From: a virus
Taxonomy: Duplodnaviria > Caudoviricetes
Length of the DNA stretch: 64,000 nt
Strand: one strand, 5' to 3'
IMG/VR virus record: IMGVR_UViG_3300013830_000002
Span: 102,779-166,778 of that record
Within the stretch, counting starts at the first letter, position 1; every line of letters begins with the position of its first letter. Positions 35,089 through 45,567 of this stretch are shown one piece after another. The notes under the pieces were generated by a model. The model had not been told where the DNA came from, did not search any database, and saw nothing but the letters and a program-made list of their open reading frames with translations. The position numbers were made by a program, and so were the translations under genes.

Positions 35089-37667
35089 ATACTTGTCCTC
35101 CACCGAATTTTACATTTTGCTACTGTTTCTTTGGAATAATTCCAAATTGTCTGTAGCCATTTTCATCTATATAATATCCAAAATCCTGAAATTGATTATC
35201 AGTGTCTGCTTCAATGGTAACAGGAACCCTGCCAGTTAGTTCCTAATTGGCAAGCATTGTCATTCCAAGGGCAGCAACAATATCAAATTTAGTCTTATTC
35301 ACTACACTGTAGCTAATAAGTTGTTCAAGCATTTCCTCGAACCAAATTGTATGTGCATAATCTTCTATGAAATCAGCAATCAACTCGTTCTGTGCTTGAA
35401 TAATTGGGGTAGTTGCTGGTGTTCCGTAGGCCCTTGAGTTTCCCTTTCCACTTTGAACCGTTGCAGAAGGACGTCTCATAAACCATTGAATCTGATTACT
35501 GTATTTAGCCCAATTTATAAATCCGACACGTGTTGCCTCAACATTTACTTTACAGTGATAATATCTGATTAAACACATAGCAGTTTTATATGCAGTCCTA
35601 ACCTCATTTGGCCTGTCTTTGTAAATGCAGACAACCTATGGGGGATTTATCCCAAAAGCCCTTCTCATAATAATAAGACAAAACTATGACGGGTCTTTTG
35701 TTTCGGAAGAAGTCTGGTTCATTCCTATGTCAATACCATCAACTCCTGCTACATACAAATTGGACATTTCCTGATATACAGGAGGTTTGTCAAATTTCTC
35801 TCCTTTAGTCAGTGCCTCATATTCCTTTTTCTTAATATCCTACTTGTAGCATTCAGACCAAACCGGATGCTCAAGAATAAGTATTTTTCCATCGGAATGT
35901 GGCTGCCATTTGAAACCAGTAATATTCTCAACTTTATGTTGTCCATTTTTGTAGACATAATCAATAAATCCTGGCTAAGGTCTGGGTCCAGTGTGATGAA
36001 GCTTAATTTGAGCAAGTTGCTCAGAAAGAAGAACTTTGTTGAAGTTATTGTCCCCTTCCATAGCAAACGCCTCTTCTGCATTCCAGCAATACTCAGCACA
36101 GTAATGAATCATTGAGTCAGGAGTTTCAAGATAAGCATCTCTTTTTTTCTAGAGATATGCTTTATTTTTTTCAATATCACAATACCCTCTTTCATCAGTC
36201 ATTCCTGGTACCATTGACTATGTAAAAGCAGGAATAAAATAGCCTGATAAAATAGTACTTCCATCACTTGTATAATTGTGCCTATAAGGAAGTATACCAA
36301 ATGGTTCAGGATGGTAATACATTTCTTTCAATCCAGCAAGTGCAGGACCTTTGTCTCCCAAATTGTTATCATTAAGTTTTTTACCTTAATTTCTTATACT
36401 TATAATTCGTACAAGTTCGGCGTACATTTTCATCCGTTCAGGATGTCGAACACTCTTGGCAATATTATATTTATTCAATTGCTACGCTCTACGGTGATTC
36501 AGAACCTTTCGTAATTTCTGAATTTACCTCGGTATTAGCATTCCAGCTTTCACCGATTTTGCTCGATTGTGCTCTTGAAGATTCCTCTTCAAGACGGCAG
36601 AATTCTTTTTCTGTTTTCATGCTACATGAAAATTACTAAAGTAAAGAATTTTATCTACCTGTACCTCCCGCTACTATGATACCGAAGGCAACACCTTGTA
36701 CTTCCACAAGAGCCTAAGCCTGTACAAAAGCTTTTGTTAAATTTGGCCATGAGCCGGCCTCATCGAGAACTAATACATCAACACGGTCACCTCTGATTTT
36801 CTAAGGGTCATCAGCAACAACTCCTTCAATCGAAGATTGCCATCCAGCAGGAATCTTATTGCCTTTAGACATATTATAGTGCCCAGATTTCTTACAATAA
36901 GCAGTATCCTGAAGCTATCTTAGCTTGAACATTCCCCCATCAGTATGTGTATCAAGAAATTGAAGTCCATTCCATACTTTAGATAGTGTTCTGTCAAGTT
37001 TTCCCTTATCATAGCAGGCAATCATAGTTATACTTTCCTTTACAGTAGTATATTGATTATCAGCCATTGAAGCATTGATTTCTGAAAAACCGATTGAACG
37101 GGCTTTCATAAGTACAACATGCTTATGAAGTTTTTTAGCCAAATCTACATAGTGGAAAAACTAATATTGACTTACCATAAAATTAGGAAATCCCTGTTTA
37201 CGGCCACTGCCTGCCTTTCCTTTACTGTCAACTAATGGAAGCTGATAAAAATTCAAGAAAAAGTAATGCTCACCAGTAACAGTATATCCGTTTACAGTAT
37301 ATCCCTGTTTGCAACGTCTGTACTGTTCATGCCAGAAATCCCTGTAACCTTTACTTCCTGGAAGGTATGATGTATAATGTCCTGTCTTAAGAAATTCGTC
37401 CCTTGCCTCAGTAAACCACTCGGGTCTGAAATCAAGTCCTTCTGTCTGATTAATAGGCCTGTATCCAGAAAGCTCATAAGATAAATTAGCATCAAAGTAT
37501 GATATATCAGCCTCAATAGGAAAATCCCATTGAAATGGCTTTTGGCTTGCAGTCTTTTTATGCTTAACAGCTTTTACAGGTATTGGAGCTTGTGATTTCT
37601 TTTTTAGTTCTGTAACAGCAGAATTTACTACTGATGCAGCCTGTTTTATAACATTATTACTCATCAT
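35030..37667 (-). CDS. terL: Terminase large subunit; exons 37667-36657 and 36358-35030; TAG=Gln
   Basis: VTGEHYFFLNF, MKARSIGFS, VLVLDEAG, GGTG|GD coupling motif, YVAGVDGID and KFDIVAA nuclease motifs. Confidence 0.92.
36359..36656 (-). mobile_element. Group I intron in terL (298 nt, no ORF)
   Basis: U|..G| boundaries restore GGTG-GDKG; core AAATCGGTGAA, AATACCGAG, CCGTAGAGCGTA, ATGTACGCCGAAC differs from the MCP introns. Confidence 0.85.
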
Positions 37668-38223
37668 CAAAATCCATATAACCTTCTACTGCGCCTGCTC
37701 TTATCTAAGATTGTTCAGACATTTCCTTCTTTACCCTGGCTTCCAAATCCATCAATTCCTGATGTACCTTATTAATCATAGTCATTTCCTTCATAACTTT
37801 TTCAGCAGTGAAAATAGGTTTTCCATTGGCATCCCTCTCATTAAGGTCAACAATATTTTCAAAGTAATCCACAAACTAATCAGCTGCAGACCGAGCTGCA
37901 TTCAACATTTTAATAGACTCACTTGAGTTTTGCAGCTCCTGAAACTTCCTGCAAGCAGCCCTAAAATCAGGATTATTGAATTCTTTTTCAGTAAGACCAG
38001 AATCATTGAGCGCCTCATTATGCCTTTCTGTCTCAGAGTATTGTGAATAAGGACTATCCCAAGCAATAGCTAATACTATGTAAGTCAGCTATTTGAATAA
38101 CAGGTTTTTATCTTTTGATTTGTCTTCTGTATACAATTTTTTGAATTCCTTTATTAGAAGAATCTCAGGAGTGTTAATTTCAACACTATGGGTTTCTTGA
38201 TTATAAATAAAAAATTTTTGCAT
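37657..38223 (-). CDS. Protein upstream of terL (188 aa), candidate terminase small subunit; absent from ORF track
   Basis: MQKFFIYNQE..WDSPYSQY..; open with TAG=Gln; stop overlaps the terL start. Confidence 0.55.
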
Positions 38224-38269
38224 TAGTCATAAACATTAATATACAGAAAAATTTTGGAAGTACCCTTAA

Positions 38270-38752
38270 TCAAAGGGTACCGCCAAAATAGCATTTCTTT
38301 AGTTTCTTTCCACACTTGTCAAAGTAGGCTTTCTTCTTAATGGTCTTACCTCCACAAGCATCCTTTGGAGCCTTACTTCCACAAGCTGCTTTCTTAACTA
38401 CTTTTTTCGTTACCTTTCCACCGCAGCGTTCATAGATAACTTCTTCATCAGCATTTACCCCAGTTCTAAGCAAATGAATATAGTTAAGTTTGGCACCTAT
38501 TTTAGCACTACGAGCCTGACCCTTAATTGCCTGCATTACTTGCTGAATCATTTGAGCCAACTGCAATGCCTGTTGGTCACCCTGTTTTGCAGCATCAATA
38601 ATGGATTGTACCTGTTGCTGTGCTTTTTGGTCACCACTCATTGCTGCCTGTACAAGTGCTACCACTTGCTTCTGGACATCCTGTCCACCATTTTGTGCTT
38701 CTTGCTGAGGAGCAGGAGCTGCTCCACCCTGTTGAAATATCGGAAATTTCAT
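38270..38752 (-). CDS. Gln-rich/basic protein (160 aa), probable virion cargo
   Basis: FQQGG, AKIGAKL and CGGK repeats; its many Gln codons are CAA/CAG, none TAG. Confidence 0.6.
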   Translation of the reverse strand: MKFPIFQQGGAAPAPQQEAQNGGQDVQKQVVALVQAAMSGDQKAQQQVQSIIDAAKQGDQQALQLAQMIQQVMQAIKGQARSAKIGAKLNYIHLLRTGVNADEEVIYERCGGKVTKKVVKKAACGSKAPKDACGGKTIKKKAYFDKCGKKLKKCYFGGTL

Positions 38753-38770
38753 ATTTAAAAATATTAATTA

Positions 38771-39010
38771 TTAATCCTCACTTGAGTGCTCTACCAACTG
38801 AAGGTCCTTTGTTGAGAAAGTAGCTTCCTGAATTTTGCCATCAGTGGTAAACCATCTGCATCTGATTCCCTTCAACTAAATTCCTGAAGGCTGGTCCTTA
38901 AAAACATTCATTTCCTTTCTGACTACTATCATCTTAGGCTTACTTGGAATATCCTGCTTAAGAGTAACAGTGTCTCCAGGTTGAAAGAAAACTTTTTCCT
39001 TTTCAATCAT
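38771..39010 (-). CDS. YodC/DUF2158-like small protein (79 aa); TAG=Gln
   Basis: FQPGDTVTLK..PKMIV..CRWF..FSTKDL. Confidence 0.6.
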
Positions 39011-39016
39011 ATCACA

Positions 39017-39619
39017 TCAATCTTTATTCTTACTAACAATATCTTTCTTTCTGTCAGAGAGATTCTGACCCACAACAGCCAGAAGCCTCTGCTCTGCAAC
39101 TACAACAAATCCGAATTTATAGAAAGGAACCTGCACCTCAGAAGGTTTGTTATACATTACTATATCACCAGGTTGAACAAAATGGCAATCTGTTCCTGTT
39201 TCAACTACAGTTCCAACATGAACAAATTGCTCTTCCTCTTCAACATTTCCAGTTTCCTGACTTTTGAAAGTAGGAGTAAGTCCACCAAGGTCAGTAATGA
39301 TAGCACCCTCACGTTTAATCTTCTGAAAAGGATTGGTCTTAAATGGAGAAACAAGCACATAACTGTTTACAGGCATAATTTCAATATGCTCAATATCCTC
39401 AGACATTTTCTGTCCTACAGCATTAAGCATTTCCTTATAGTTACTAAATTTCTCTTCAAGGTCAGCTACACTTTGATTAAATTTAGCTGCCTTTTCATCC
39501 TTAAGAAGCTCATCAGCTGACTTACCATTCATTACAAAATGTGTCACTTCCTTTTCGGGGCCAGCAAGTGCTCTGGCAAGTTTTTCTTTTGAATTCAGTT
39601 CGTTACGAAATTTTTCCAT
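39017..39619 (-). CDS. GroES-like co-chaperonin domain protein
   Basis: IMPVNSYVLV..GTVVETG..VQPGDIVMY..EQRLLAVV. Confidence 0.7.
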   Translation of the reverse strand: MEKFRNELNSKEKLARALAGPEKEVTHFVMNGKSADELLKDEKAAKFNQSVADLEEKFSNYKEMLNAVGQKMSEDIEHIEIMPVNSYVLVSPFKTNPFQKIKREGAIITDLGGLTPTFKSQETGNVEEEEQFVHVGTVVETGTDCHFVQPGDIVMYNKPSEVQVPFYKFGFVVVAEQRLLAVVGQNLSDRKKDIVSKNKD

Positions 39620-39658
39620 AATACATTAATCAAATTACAATAGTCATAAAACATCTTA

Positions 39659-40072
39659 TTAAATATTCCTGTACTCAAATTTAGCATCAAATGACGGGCA
39701 GGCTTTTAACTTGGTAAAATCCCTGTGCCCATAAATTCTTGCTTCAGGAAATCTCAGCTTAAGAGTGCTGAGCAACTAAATCAGAGATTTTTTCTATGCA
39801 TCAGTTCTGGTATCCTTCGGAGTTTTTTCATCAGAAGCACATCCACCTATATAGCAAATACCAATAGAGTTTGCATTATGCTTCTGACAATGGGCACCTG
39901 TTTGCTCAACTGGTCTTCCATTATGTATAGAGCCATCCCTGTAAATTACATAATGATACCCTATACATTTAAACCCTCTTGCCCTGTGCCATCTGTCTAT
40001 ATCCTGAACTGTGTAGTCCTTACCTTCAGGAGTAGCACTGCAATGCACAATAATCTCTGTAATTTTTCTCAT
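39659..40072 (-). CDS. N-acetylmuramoyl-L-alanine amidase (T7 lysozyme-like endolysin, 137 aa); TAG=Gln
   Basis: IIVHCSAT, IGYHY, GAH, SIGICYIGG, TDA(Q), GHRDF..KACPSF; the last two Zn ligands lie beyond TAG. Confidence 0.92.
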
Positions 40073-40076
40073 AAGA

Positions 40077-40277
40077 TTACCATTTGTTTAGGTCACAATG
40101 TTCATCTTTTACTCTAAGTTTGCTTTTAAGAGGACAACCGCATATATTACAGTATTCACCAATAAAGTGATTTTCTTTTTTAGATTTGCAGTTCCTACAA
40201 AAAGCATACCTAATATTATATAAGTCTTTTTTTCTTCCAAACAGTCTGTTAATATTGCCAATAATAATCTTAGACAC
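40077..40277 (-). CDS. Small Cys-rich protein
   Basis: CxxC..CxxCGC..K.R..CxLxKW. Confidence 0.6.
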   Translation of the reverse strand: MSKIIIGNINRLFGRKKDLYNIRYAFCRNCKSKKENHFIGEYCNICGCPLKSKLRVKDEHCDLNKW

Positions 40278-40312
40278 CTACTTGGAAAAAATATGTTCAA
40301 TCCATTTCAATA

Positions 40313-40573
40313 TCACCATTTTCCTAAATGACAATGAGAAGAGGCATTCCTTGCCTTTCTTGAAATCAAGCATCCACACCCACGTTTATATCCCTTTAAT
40401 TGCATTCGTGCAGTCTTTCCTGTCTCTATATTAAGATATAAGTCAGGATTGCACACCTGAATATCTTTAATAAACAAAGGGCATTCATTACATATAGCTA
40501 GTCTGTCCTTGTAATTAAAGCCTGTCTTACTTTTAACAGGTTTTTTATCTGTCATTAAAACACTTCCATCCAT
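40313..40573 (-). CDS. Small Cys-rich protein, paralog of 40077..40277
   Basis: RLAICNEC..GCGC..KAR..CHLGKW. Confidence 0.6.
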   Translation of the reverse strand: MDGSVLMTDKKPVKSKTGFNYKDRLAICNECPLFIKDIQVCNPDLYLNIETGKTARMQLKGYKRGCGCLISRKARNASSHCHLGKW

Positions 40574-40575
40574 AA

Positions 40576-42195
40576 TCAGTACTGAATTGGTTTTCTTGCT
40601 GCACGATGCTGCTCAAGAATTGATTCCTTCTTCCAGAACCTGAGCATACGTTCAACTTCATCTTTTAAATATTTCATGTGATAAACAGTCATTTTATCAC
40701 TATGGTCAAAATGCACTAATACCAAATCATTGCATTTCCATTCAGGATGCATTTGCTGTATCATCCAAGCATAGGTGCTGAGCTGCATGTTATAAACGCT
40801 GTAATTACAATCATCAAGATTGTTAAGTGGATACTTAAGCTTTTGACTGGTTTTTGTCTTACTGTCAAAATATGACTTGGTCTTGATTTGCTTGTTAGTA
40901 TTATGAGTTACTATGAAATACTTTGTACACAAGAATGTATGGGTAGGACTATCAACTTCAATACATTGAGTCGGGACCATATCAACAGGCTCAACACTTT
41001 TGATTTCAAGTTCATAATGCCACACTTCTTCTTCATCAACCTGATGTACAGGAAATGTAAAAGTATTGTCATCACTGACATATACTCCCAAAGTTCTAAT
41101 TAGCTCTACAATACTGTCTGAAAAGTCACAATTCCTGACTTGATAATAAACATCATTTCCATGTTTACAGGTTTTTATGTAATCAGGAGCCAGTAAGTCA
41201 AGCATTTGCATTCTTTCTTGAACTGATGCACGAAGAACTGCCTCTACAGTCTCTTCATTTACGGTCTTTGATACAATATGCTTATTGGGACAATCAAGTT
41301 TCTTTCCCATTGGTATCTCGATAATTTTATCAGGATGAAGTTTCATGTAGTCAGCTATTTGCTCAGTGGTCATTACCTCACACCCCTCATCAATATTTAT
41401 ACCAACAAGCCATCGATGCTCATGGTCTGCCACAAGCTGTATACCATTAGTATATGTAATTCTGTAGCATGGATTATGATGAATTTCTGATTTATGGATT
41501 ACTGCACAAGGATTACCATTCATATCAAAAACCTTATCCCCTATTTTCAGTGATTCCATAGTTTTCCATCCTGTATAGGTAGGAATAGGGGTATCAAGTG
41601 GAAGTCCTTTCCAGTCAATAATAGTAAATGAATTTCCTTCCTTTGCAAGTACATCAATCTGTCCTGCAATATGAAGTTTGTTGTCAGGGGAATCATACCA
41701 AATCAGATATTCAGGATATACACCGTTTTCAAGGTCAAGTGCAGTCCTTCCCTCATCACATACAAACTTTCCTCCAACTCCATATTTCTTCAATGATATA
41801 TCAGTCTTCTGCTTATAAAAAGAATGCTCCAGATTTGAGTGTATAGCAGTACCTCTTGTGGTAGATGCAAGATTTTCCTTTTGCCATCCATCAAGAATAT
41901 TCTGTTGTACAGAATTAAAATCATCCTCTACTACTTCATATAACCTAAGCATTTTTGGAGTAATCTTTTTTGATTGAAGCAAGTCTTTCTTTGCCATTGG
42001 CCAAAGGTCAGGCTGAACCAATTGTTCCATAGCCTTATAAGCGCTCCAGAAATCCTTATCAAAAGGCTGTTCAAATTTGTTGAGCAAAGTAGTAACCGAT
42101 ATATACTTTTTCTTAGGGTCAGTCAAGTCGAAATAAACATGCTTTCCTTCATTAAAACAGATATTGCCATTCTGTTTGTCTATTTGCATACTCAT
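40576..42195 (-). CDS. PD-(D/E)XK nuclease with intein
   Basis: SVTT, RGTAIH, AGQID, IIDWK|TNK, QLSTY motifs. Confidence 0.85.
   Translation of the reverse strand: MSMQIDKQNGNICFNEGKHVYFDLTDPKKKYISVTTLLNKFEQPFDKDFWSAYKAMEQLVQPDLWPMAKKDLLQSKKITPKMLRLYEVVEDDFNSVQQNILDGWQKENLASTTRGTAIHSNLEHSFYKQKTDISLKKYGVGGKFVCDEGRTALDLENGVYPEYLIWYDSPDNKLHIAGQIDVLAKEGNSFTIIDWKGLPLDTPIPTYTGWKTMESLKIGDKVFDMNGNPCAVIHKSEIHHNPCYRITYTNGIQLVADHEHRWLVGINIDEGCEVMTTEQIADYMKLHPDKIIEIPMGKKLDCPNKHIVSKTVNEETVEAVLRASVQERMQMLDLLAPDYIKTCKHGNDVYYQVRNCDFSDSIVELIRTLGVYVSDDNTFTFPVHQVDEEEVWHYELEIKSVEPVDMVPTQCIEVDSPTHTFLCTKYFIVTHNTNKQIKTKSYFDSKTKTSQKLKYPLNNLDDCNYSVYNMQLSTYAWMIQQMHPEWKCNDLVLVHFDHSDKMTVYHMKYLKDEVERMLRFWKKESILEQHRAARKPIQY
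40900..41607 (-). mobile_element. Intein (236 aa), class-3 type, no intact endonuclease
   Basis: GLPLDTPI..DHEHRW..TQCIEV..VTHN|T; excision restores DWKTNK. Confidence 0.85.
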
Positions 42196-42231
42196 AGTAC
42201 ATAAACATTAAAAACATAAATTTTTCATCTA

Positions 42232-42285
42232 AAAAGCTTGGTCTAAATCAATAATATCGATATTATTGAATTATCCCAAGGTTTT
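42232..42285. promoter_or_regulatory. Overlapping divergent copies of the promoter motif
   Basis: Minus copy 42249..42285; plus copy AAAAGCTTGG-N19-TATTATTG 42232..42268; central palindrome TCAATAATATCGATATTATTGA. Confidence 0.7.
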
Positions 42286-42303
42286 AATTTAAAAATTTTT
42301 GTT

Positions 42304-42519
42304 ATGTCAAACTTACTTAATTTAATTGGCTTTAAGCTTGCCAGTGGTGGAAGAATTCACATCAAAAAATCAAATGAGGGCAAGTTTACTGCATCAGCAA
42401 AAAGAGCAGGAATGTCAGTACAGGAATATGCTTCCCATGTACTTAACAATCCAAATGCTACTGCCCTTCAAAAGAAGAGGGCTAATTTTGCAAGAAACGC
42501 AGCAAAGTGGAAACACTGA
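42304..42519 (+). CDS. Small basic protein (71 aa)
   Basis: GGRIHIKKSNEGKFT..KKRANFARNAAKWKH; has its own promoter motif and terminator. Confidence 0.7.
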   Translation: MSNLLNLIGFKLASGGRIHIKKSNEGKFTASAKRAGMSVQEYASHVLNNPNATALQKKRANFARNAAKWKH

Positions 42520-42525
42520 AAACGA

Positions 42526-42572
42526 AAAACCCCTGCCTGGCAATAACGTCAGACAGGGGTTTGTGTTTTTTT
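42526..42572 (+). terminator. Intrinsic terminator (possibly bidirectional)
   Basis: AAACCCCTGCCTGGC..GTCAGACAGGGGTTT then T run. Confidence 0.7.
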
Positions 42573-42661
42573 GTTTAGTGATTTTAATTGATTTATGCTA
42601 ATAGTTTAAGGTTCAATTACACATCTAATTACATTAAATATCTAATTGAAGTGTTTGGTAA

Positions 42662-42961
42662 TTAGTTTACCAGTTTGTATTCATTGCCATGTCTAAAATG
42701 TTTTAACTATGCAGGGTTATTACTGACAGACCAAATATCCAGATTTCTTTTTTCATTCCTGAAATGATATTTAAGTCTGTCTTCACTTGCTGCATCAGGA
42801 GTCTTGTAATGATAAATTCTGTCCCAATAATCTACTTTCTCAGAGAGTCTTGATTTATCACACTCTTCTATAATATTCATCTTAGATGCTAGATACTTGG
42901 AAATATCTACAGCCTTTACTTCTCCTGTCCCAATAATTTCTACAATGGCAAATTTGTTCAT
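42662..42961 (-). CDS. Hypothetical protein
   Basis: ORF 42707..42961 extended through TAG to TAA. Confidence 0.5.
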
Positions 42962-43017
42962 GTGTTATGTTGTTTTTGTGATTATTCTTCGATTCTGTGA
43001 TAGATAAGATTATAGCC

Positions 43018-43518
43018 TTAATCCTTATCCAGATAGCTTGCATATTGCTTCATTTGACTCTCAAGAAATGCTAATTTTTTCCGTGCAAGTTCCTTTGCCC
43101 TATGCTTAACTTGTGTTACTGCCTGCTCAAGTTTAATACTGTCTGCATCGTTTTCCATAATAGCATCATTAAGCTCCTTCAGCTCAGTGCCTTGAAAACT
43201 TCCAATAAGTTCAGTAATGAATTGGTCATCAAAGTTATCCAGCCAATTTTGGAATGCTTTTCTTTGTTCTATGCAAGTTCTGGCGGTTTGCTCTTGTGCA
43301 GCTTTTAACTTTTTGTCAACACCATGACAGGTTTCTTGCTGAATTCTACCATCAAAAATCTCATGAAGCAACTTCATAATCCCATCGGAATTCTGACTCA
43401 AGGTATCCTTGTTGGATTTCATTGTAACAACTATACTTCCATCAGGAAGTCTTTTAACAGTTGAATTTGTCTTGTCAAAACCAAGAAGCTCGCATACGTC
43501 TTTCATTAAATCATTCAT
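43018..43518 (-). CDS. Hypothetical helical protein (166 aa)
   Basis: Intact ORF preceded by the promoter motif. Confidence 0.6.
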   Translation of the reverse strand: MNDLMKDVCELLGFDKTNSTVKRLPDGSIVVTMKSNKDTLSQNSDGIMKLLHEIFDGRIQQETCHGVDKKLKAAQEQTARTCIEQRKAFQNWLDNFDDQFITELIGSFQGTELKELNDAIMENDADSIKLEQAVTQVKHRAKELARKKLAFLESQMKQYASYLDKD

Positions 43519-43570
43519 AATACATAGTTCATTTTAAATTCATAGTTCATCTACATTGCATGTTCATAAT

Positions 43571-43607
43571 CAATAATATCTAATTTGAATTTAAACCCCA
43601 AGGTTTT
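43571..43607 (-). promoter_or_regulatory. Putative late promoter
   Basis: AAAACCTTGG-N19-TATTATTG. Confidence 0.7.
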
Positions 43608-44353
43608 CAAACAGAAAATTTACAGTCTTTTTCAAGAAGCTGCTTTTTTAACTATTCTACCTATATCCTGAGCTTACTGTTTTGCTTAAGTGACAACTGT
43701 GCATCCTTATATATCCTGTCAATCATTTCATTGTTCTCAGTAGCCAGTCTTTTGTTTTCATAAAGCAACCATATAATAGCTTGTTTTAGTCTAGCCAGAT
43801 TAAATACCTTTTCATACCTTGGAAGCCCTGTATCAAAATCTTTCAGCTTTGTCTTAATTTTATCCAAATATCCTTTCTCAAGAAGTTCCCTGTCACATTT
43901 ACGAATTTCCCAAGCAGACATATTTATTAGTTCTGATAACTCCGAATTTGTAAAACTTACCTTTCCAAAGTGCTTCAAATCCTTGAACATAAACTGTTGA
44001 ATTACCAGTATATAAGCCTTAGCTAAATTAGTTATATCTTTTTTCTCCAGAAATCCATAACTGAAAGGCTCAAATCCTGCATACTTCCTATTAAAGGAGT
44101 ATACGTTTTTCTTACCTTTCTTATATACTGTAAACCACCTCCCATTCAACTTTCTTATACTTTCAATTATTTTTTCTCTTTTACATCCTATATTTTTTGC
44201 AATAACAGTAATCGATGGCCATGCCTCTAAAGTATCTTTGTTCATATACTTCTTTATGTTGGCATACACAAGTACATCGAAAGGCTCTAAATCATGTGTA
44301 ACACACATATTATTAGGCACTTGCACATGCTACAAGCTTTTCATTACTCCCAT
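43607..44353 (-). CDS. Tandem winged-HTH protein, replication-initiator-like; TAG=Gln
   Basis: AWPSITVIAKNIGCKREKIIESIRKL..KKNVY and a second HTH; next to iteron-like repeats. Confidence 0.6.
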
Positions 44354-44454
44354 AAATATTCCATTTTAACATAAATTAAGAATAACATTTTTTAACAGTG
44401 TTAAATTATCTTAATTCATCTTTGTAACTACCTGTAAATCAATTAGTTCCAAAA

Positions 44455-44531
44455 AGGTTCGTACTATAGGGAACTATAGGTTCGTACTATAGGGAACTCT
44501 AACTATACTTACATACATAGAACTATACTTA
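44455..44531. repeat. Iteron-like direct repeats
   Basis: AGGTTCGTACTATAGGGAACT x2 (23-nt period) and AACTATACTTA x2. Confidence 0.75.
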
Positions 44532-44765
44532 ATCGGGCAAATCCTGGCTGCCTGAAAACAAAGCTGCAATCTGTTTTAATTTCTGATTTTGCCTGACCAG
44601 CATATCATGGTCATCAATAACCTGTTTGGTCAGTGCTATCAGCATAATCATTTCTTCATTAGAAGTACTTTCCATAATTATGAATTTTAATGTTATACTA
44701 ATCATCTATACACAATAATACCGATTTTTACTGTCGAGCCCAACTCAAATCAGGTTAAATCTCAA

Positions 44766-44831
44766 CCTAAAAATCCCCCCCCCCCCCTAAATTCCCTAAA
44801 TTATCCCCCCCTGCCATCTTTAGTGCCTAAA
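44766..44831. repeat. Poly-C tracts with CCTAAA repeats at the strand switch
   Basis: C13, C3 and C7 runs; four CCTAAA. Confidence 0.7.
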
Positions 44832-44945
44832 ATAAAATTTTGAGAGTCATGGGTGTGAGGGTAGACAACCCCATCATTCCCCTCCCCATATTTGAATTGA
44901 AAAACAAAACAAATAACATTATTAACAAATTAAAATTTTATCATT

Positions 44946-45518
44946 ATGGCAAAGTCATTAAATGAAATGAGTGAGATGGTTCGTAACTTCGTGAACAACA
45001 ACCACACTGAAGAGCAGAAGGCTCGTCTTCTGACCAAGACCGTTGGTAACAACGGTTACACTATCGGTCAGACTTTCGAGGCTGACCACGTCGATGTTGT
45101 TGAACGTGAAATCAACGGCAACAAGGTAACTTATCCTGCTGTCATCTGCAAGGACGGCACAGCACTCTCACTTCAGCAGATGATGAACATCTCCTCAATG
45201 AACGGTTACAAGACCGAGGGAGAGTTCATCAACCAGACGATTGACAACCCTGAGGGTGTGAAGGTAACGGCAAAGGTTGCTGACGACTTCGATTTCAGTG
45301 ACGCAACTCAGCCTGCAACCCGTAACTTCCTTGAATACTTCGACATGGCAGTGACCACGAAGTATTTCGAGGGCAAGACCATCACGTATCTCGGACAGGT
45401 TGTCCGTCCGTCAGTGGCAGTCAAGGATGCTCCGGAGTCCATCAAGGGCAATAAGCAACTTGCATGGAAAAAGGGCATGAAACGTGCTCAGGCTGTTAAG
45501 CTGTGGAACATTGCTTAA
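44946..45518 (+). CDS. Early hypothetical protein (190 aa)
   Basis: First plus-strand gene; higher GC, many C-ending codons; followed by a terminator. Confidence 0.75.
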   Translation: MAKSLNEMSEMVRNFVNNNHTEEQKARLLTKTVGNNGYTIGQTFEADHVDVVEREINGNKVTYPAVICKDGTALSLQQMMNISSMNGYKTEGEFINQTIDNPEGVKVTAKVADDFDFSDATQPATRNFLEYFDMAVTTKYFEGKTITYLGQVVRPSVAVKDAPESIKGNKQLAWKKGMKRAQAVKLWNIA

Positions 45519-45524
45519 AAGATT

Positions 45525-45567
45525 ACACTCTTGCACCGAAAGGTGTGAGAGTGTTCTCTTTTTTTTA
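45525..45567 (+). terminator. Intrinsic terminator
   Basis: ACACTCTTGCACC-GAAA-GGTGTGAGAGTGT followed by T run. Confidence 0.75.

Noticed and set aside
282-43308. Plus-strand track ORFs antisense to late genes
   Set aside because: Shadow ORFs of the minus-strand coding frame; only 42304..42519 has independent support
1-44353. Fragmented minus-strand ORFs as pseudogenes or sequencing errors
   Set aside because: Fragments are in frame and broken only by TAG or by introns; conserved Gln positions are TAG; a suppressor tRNA is present
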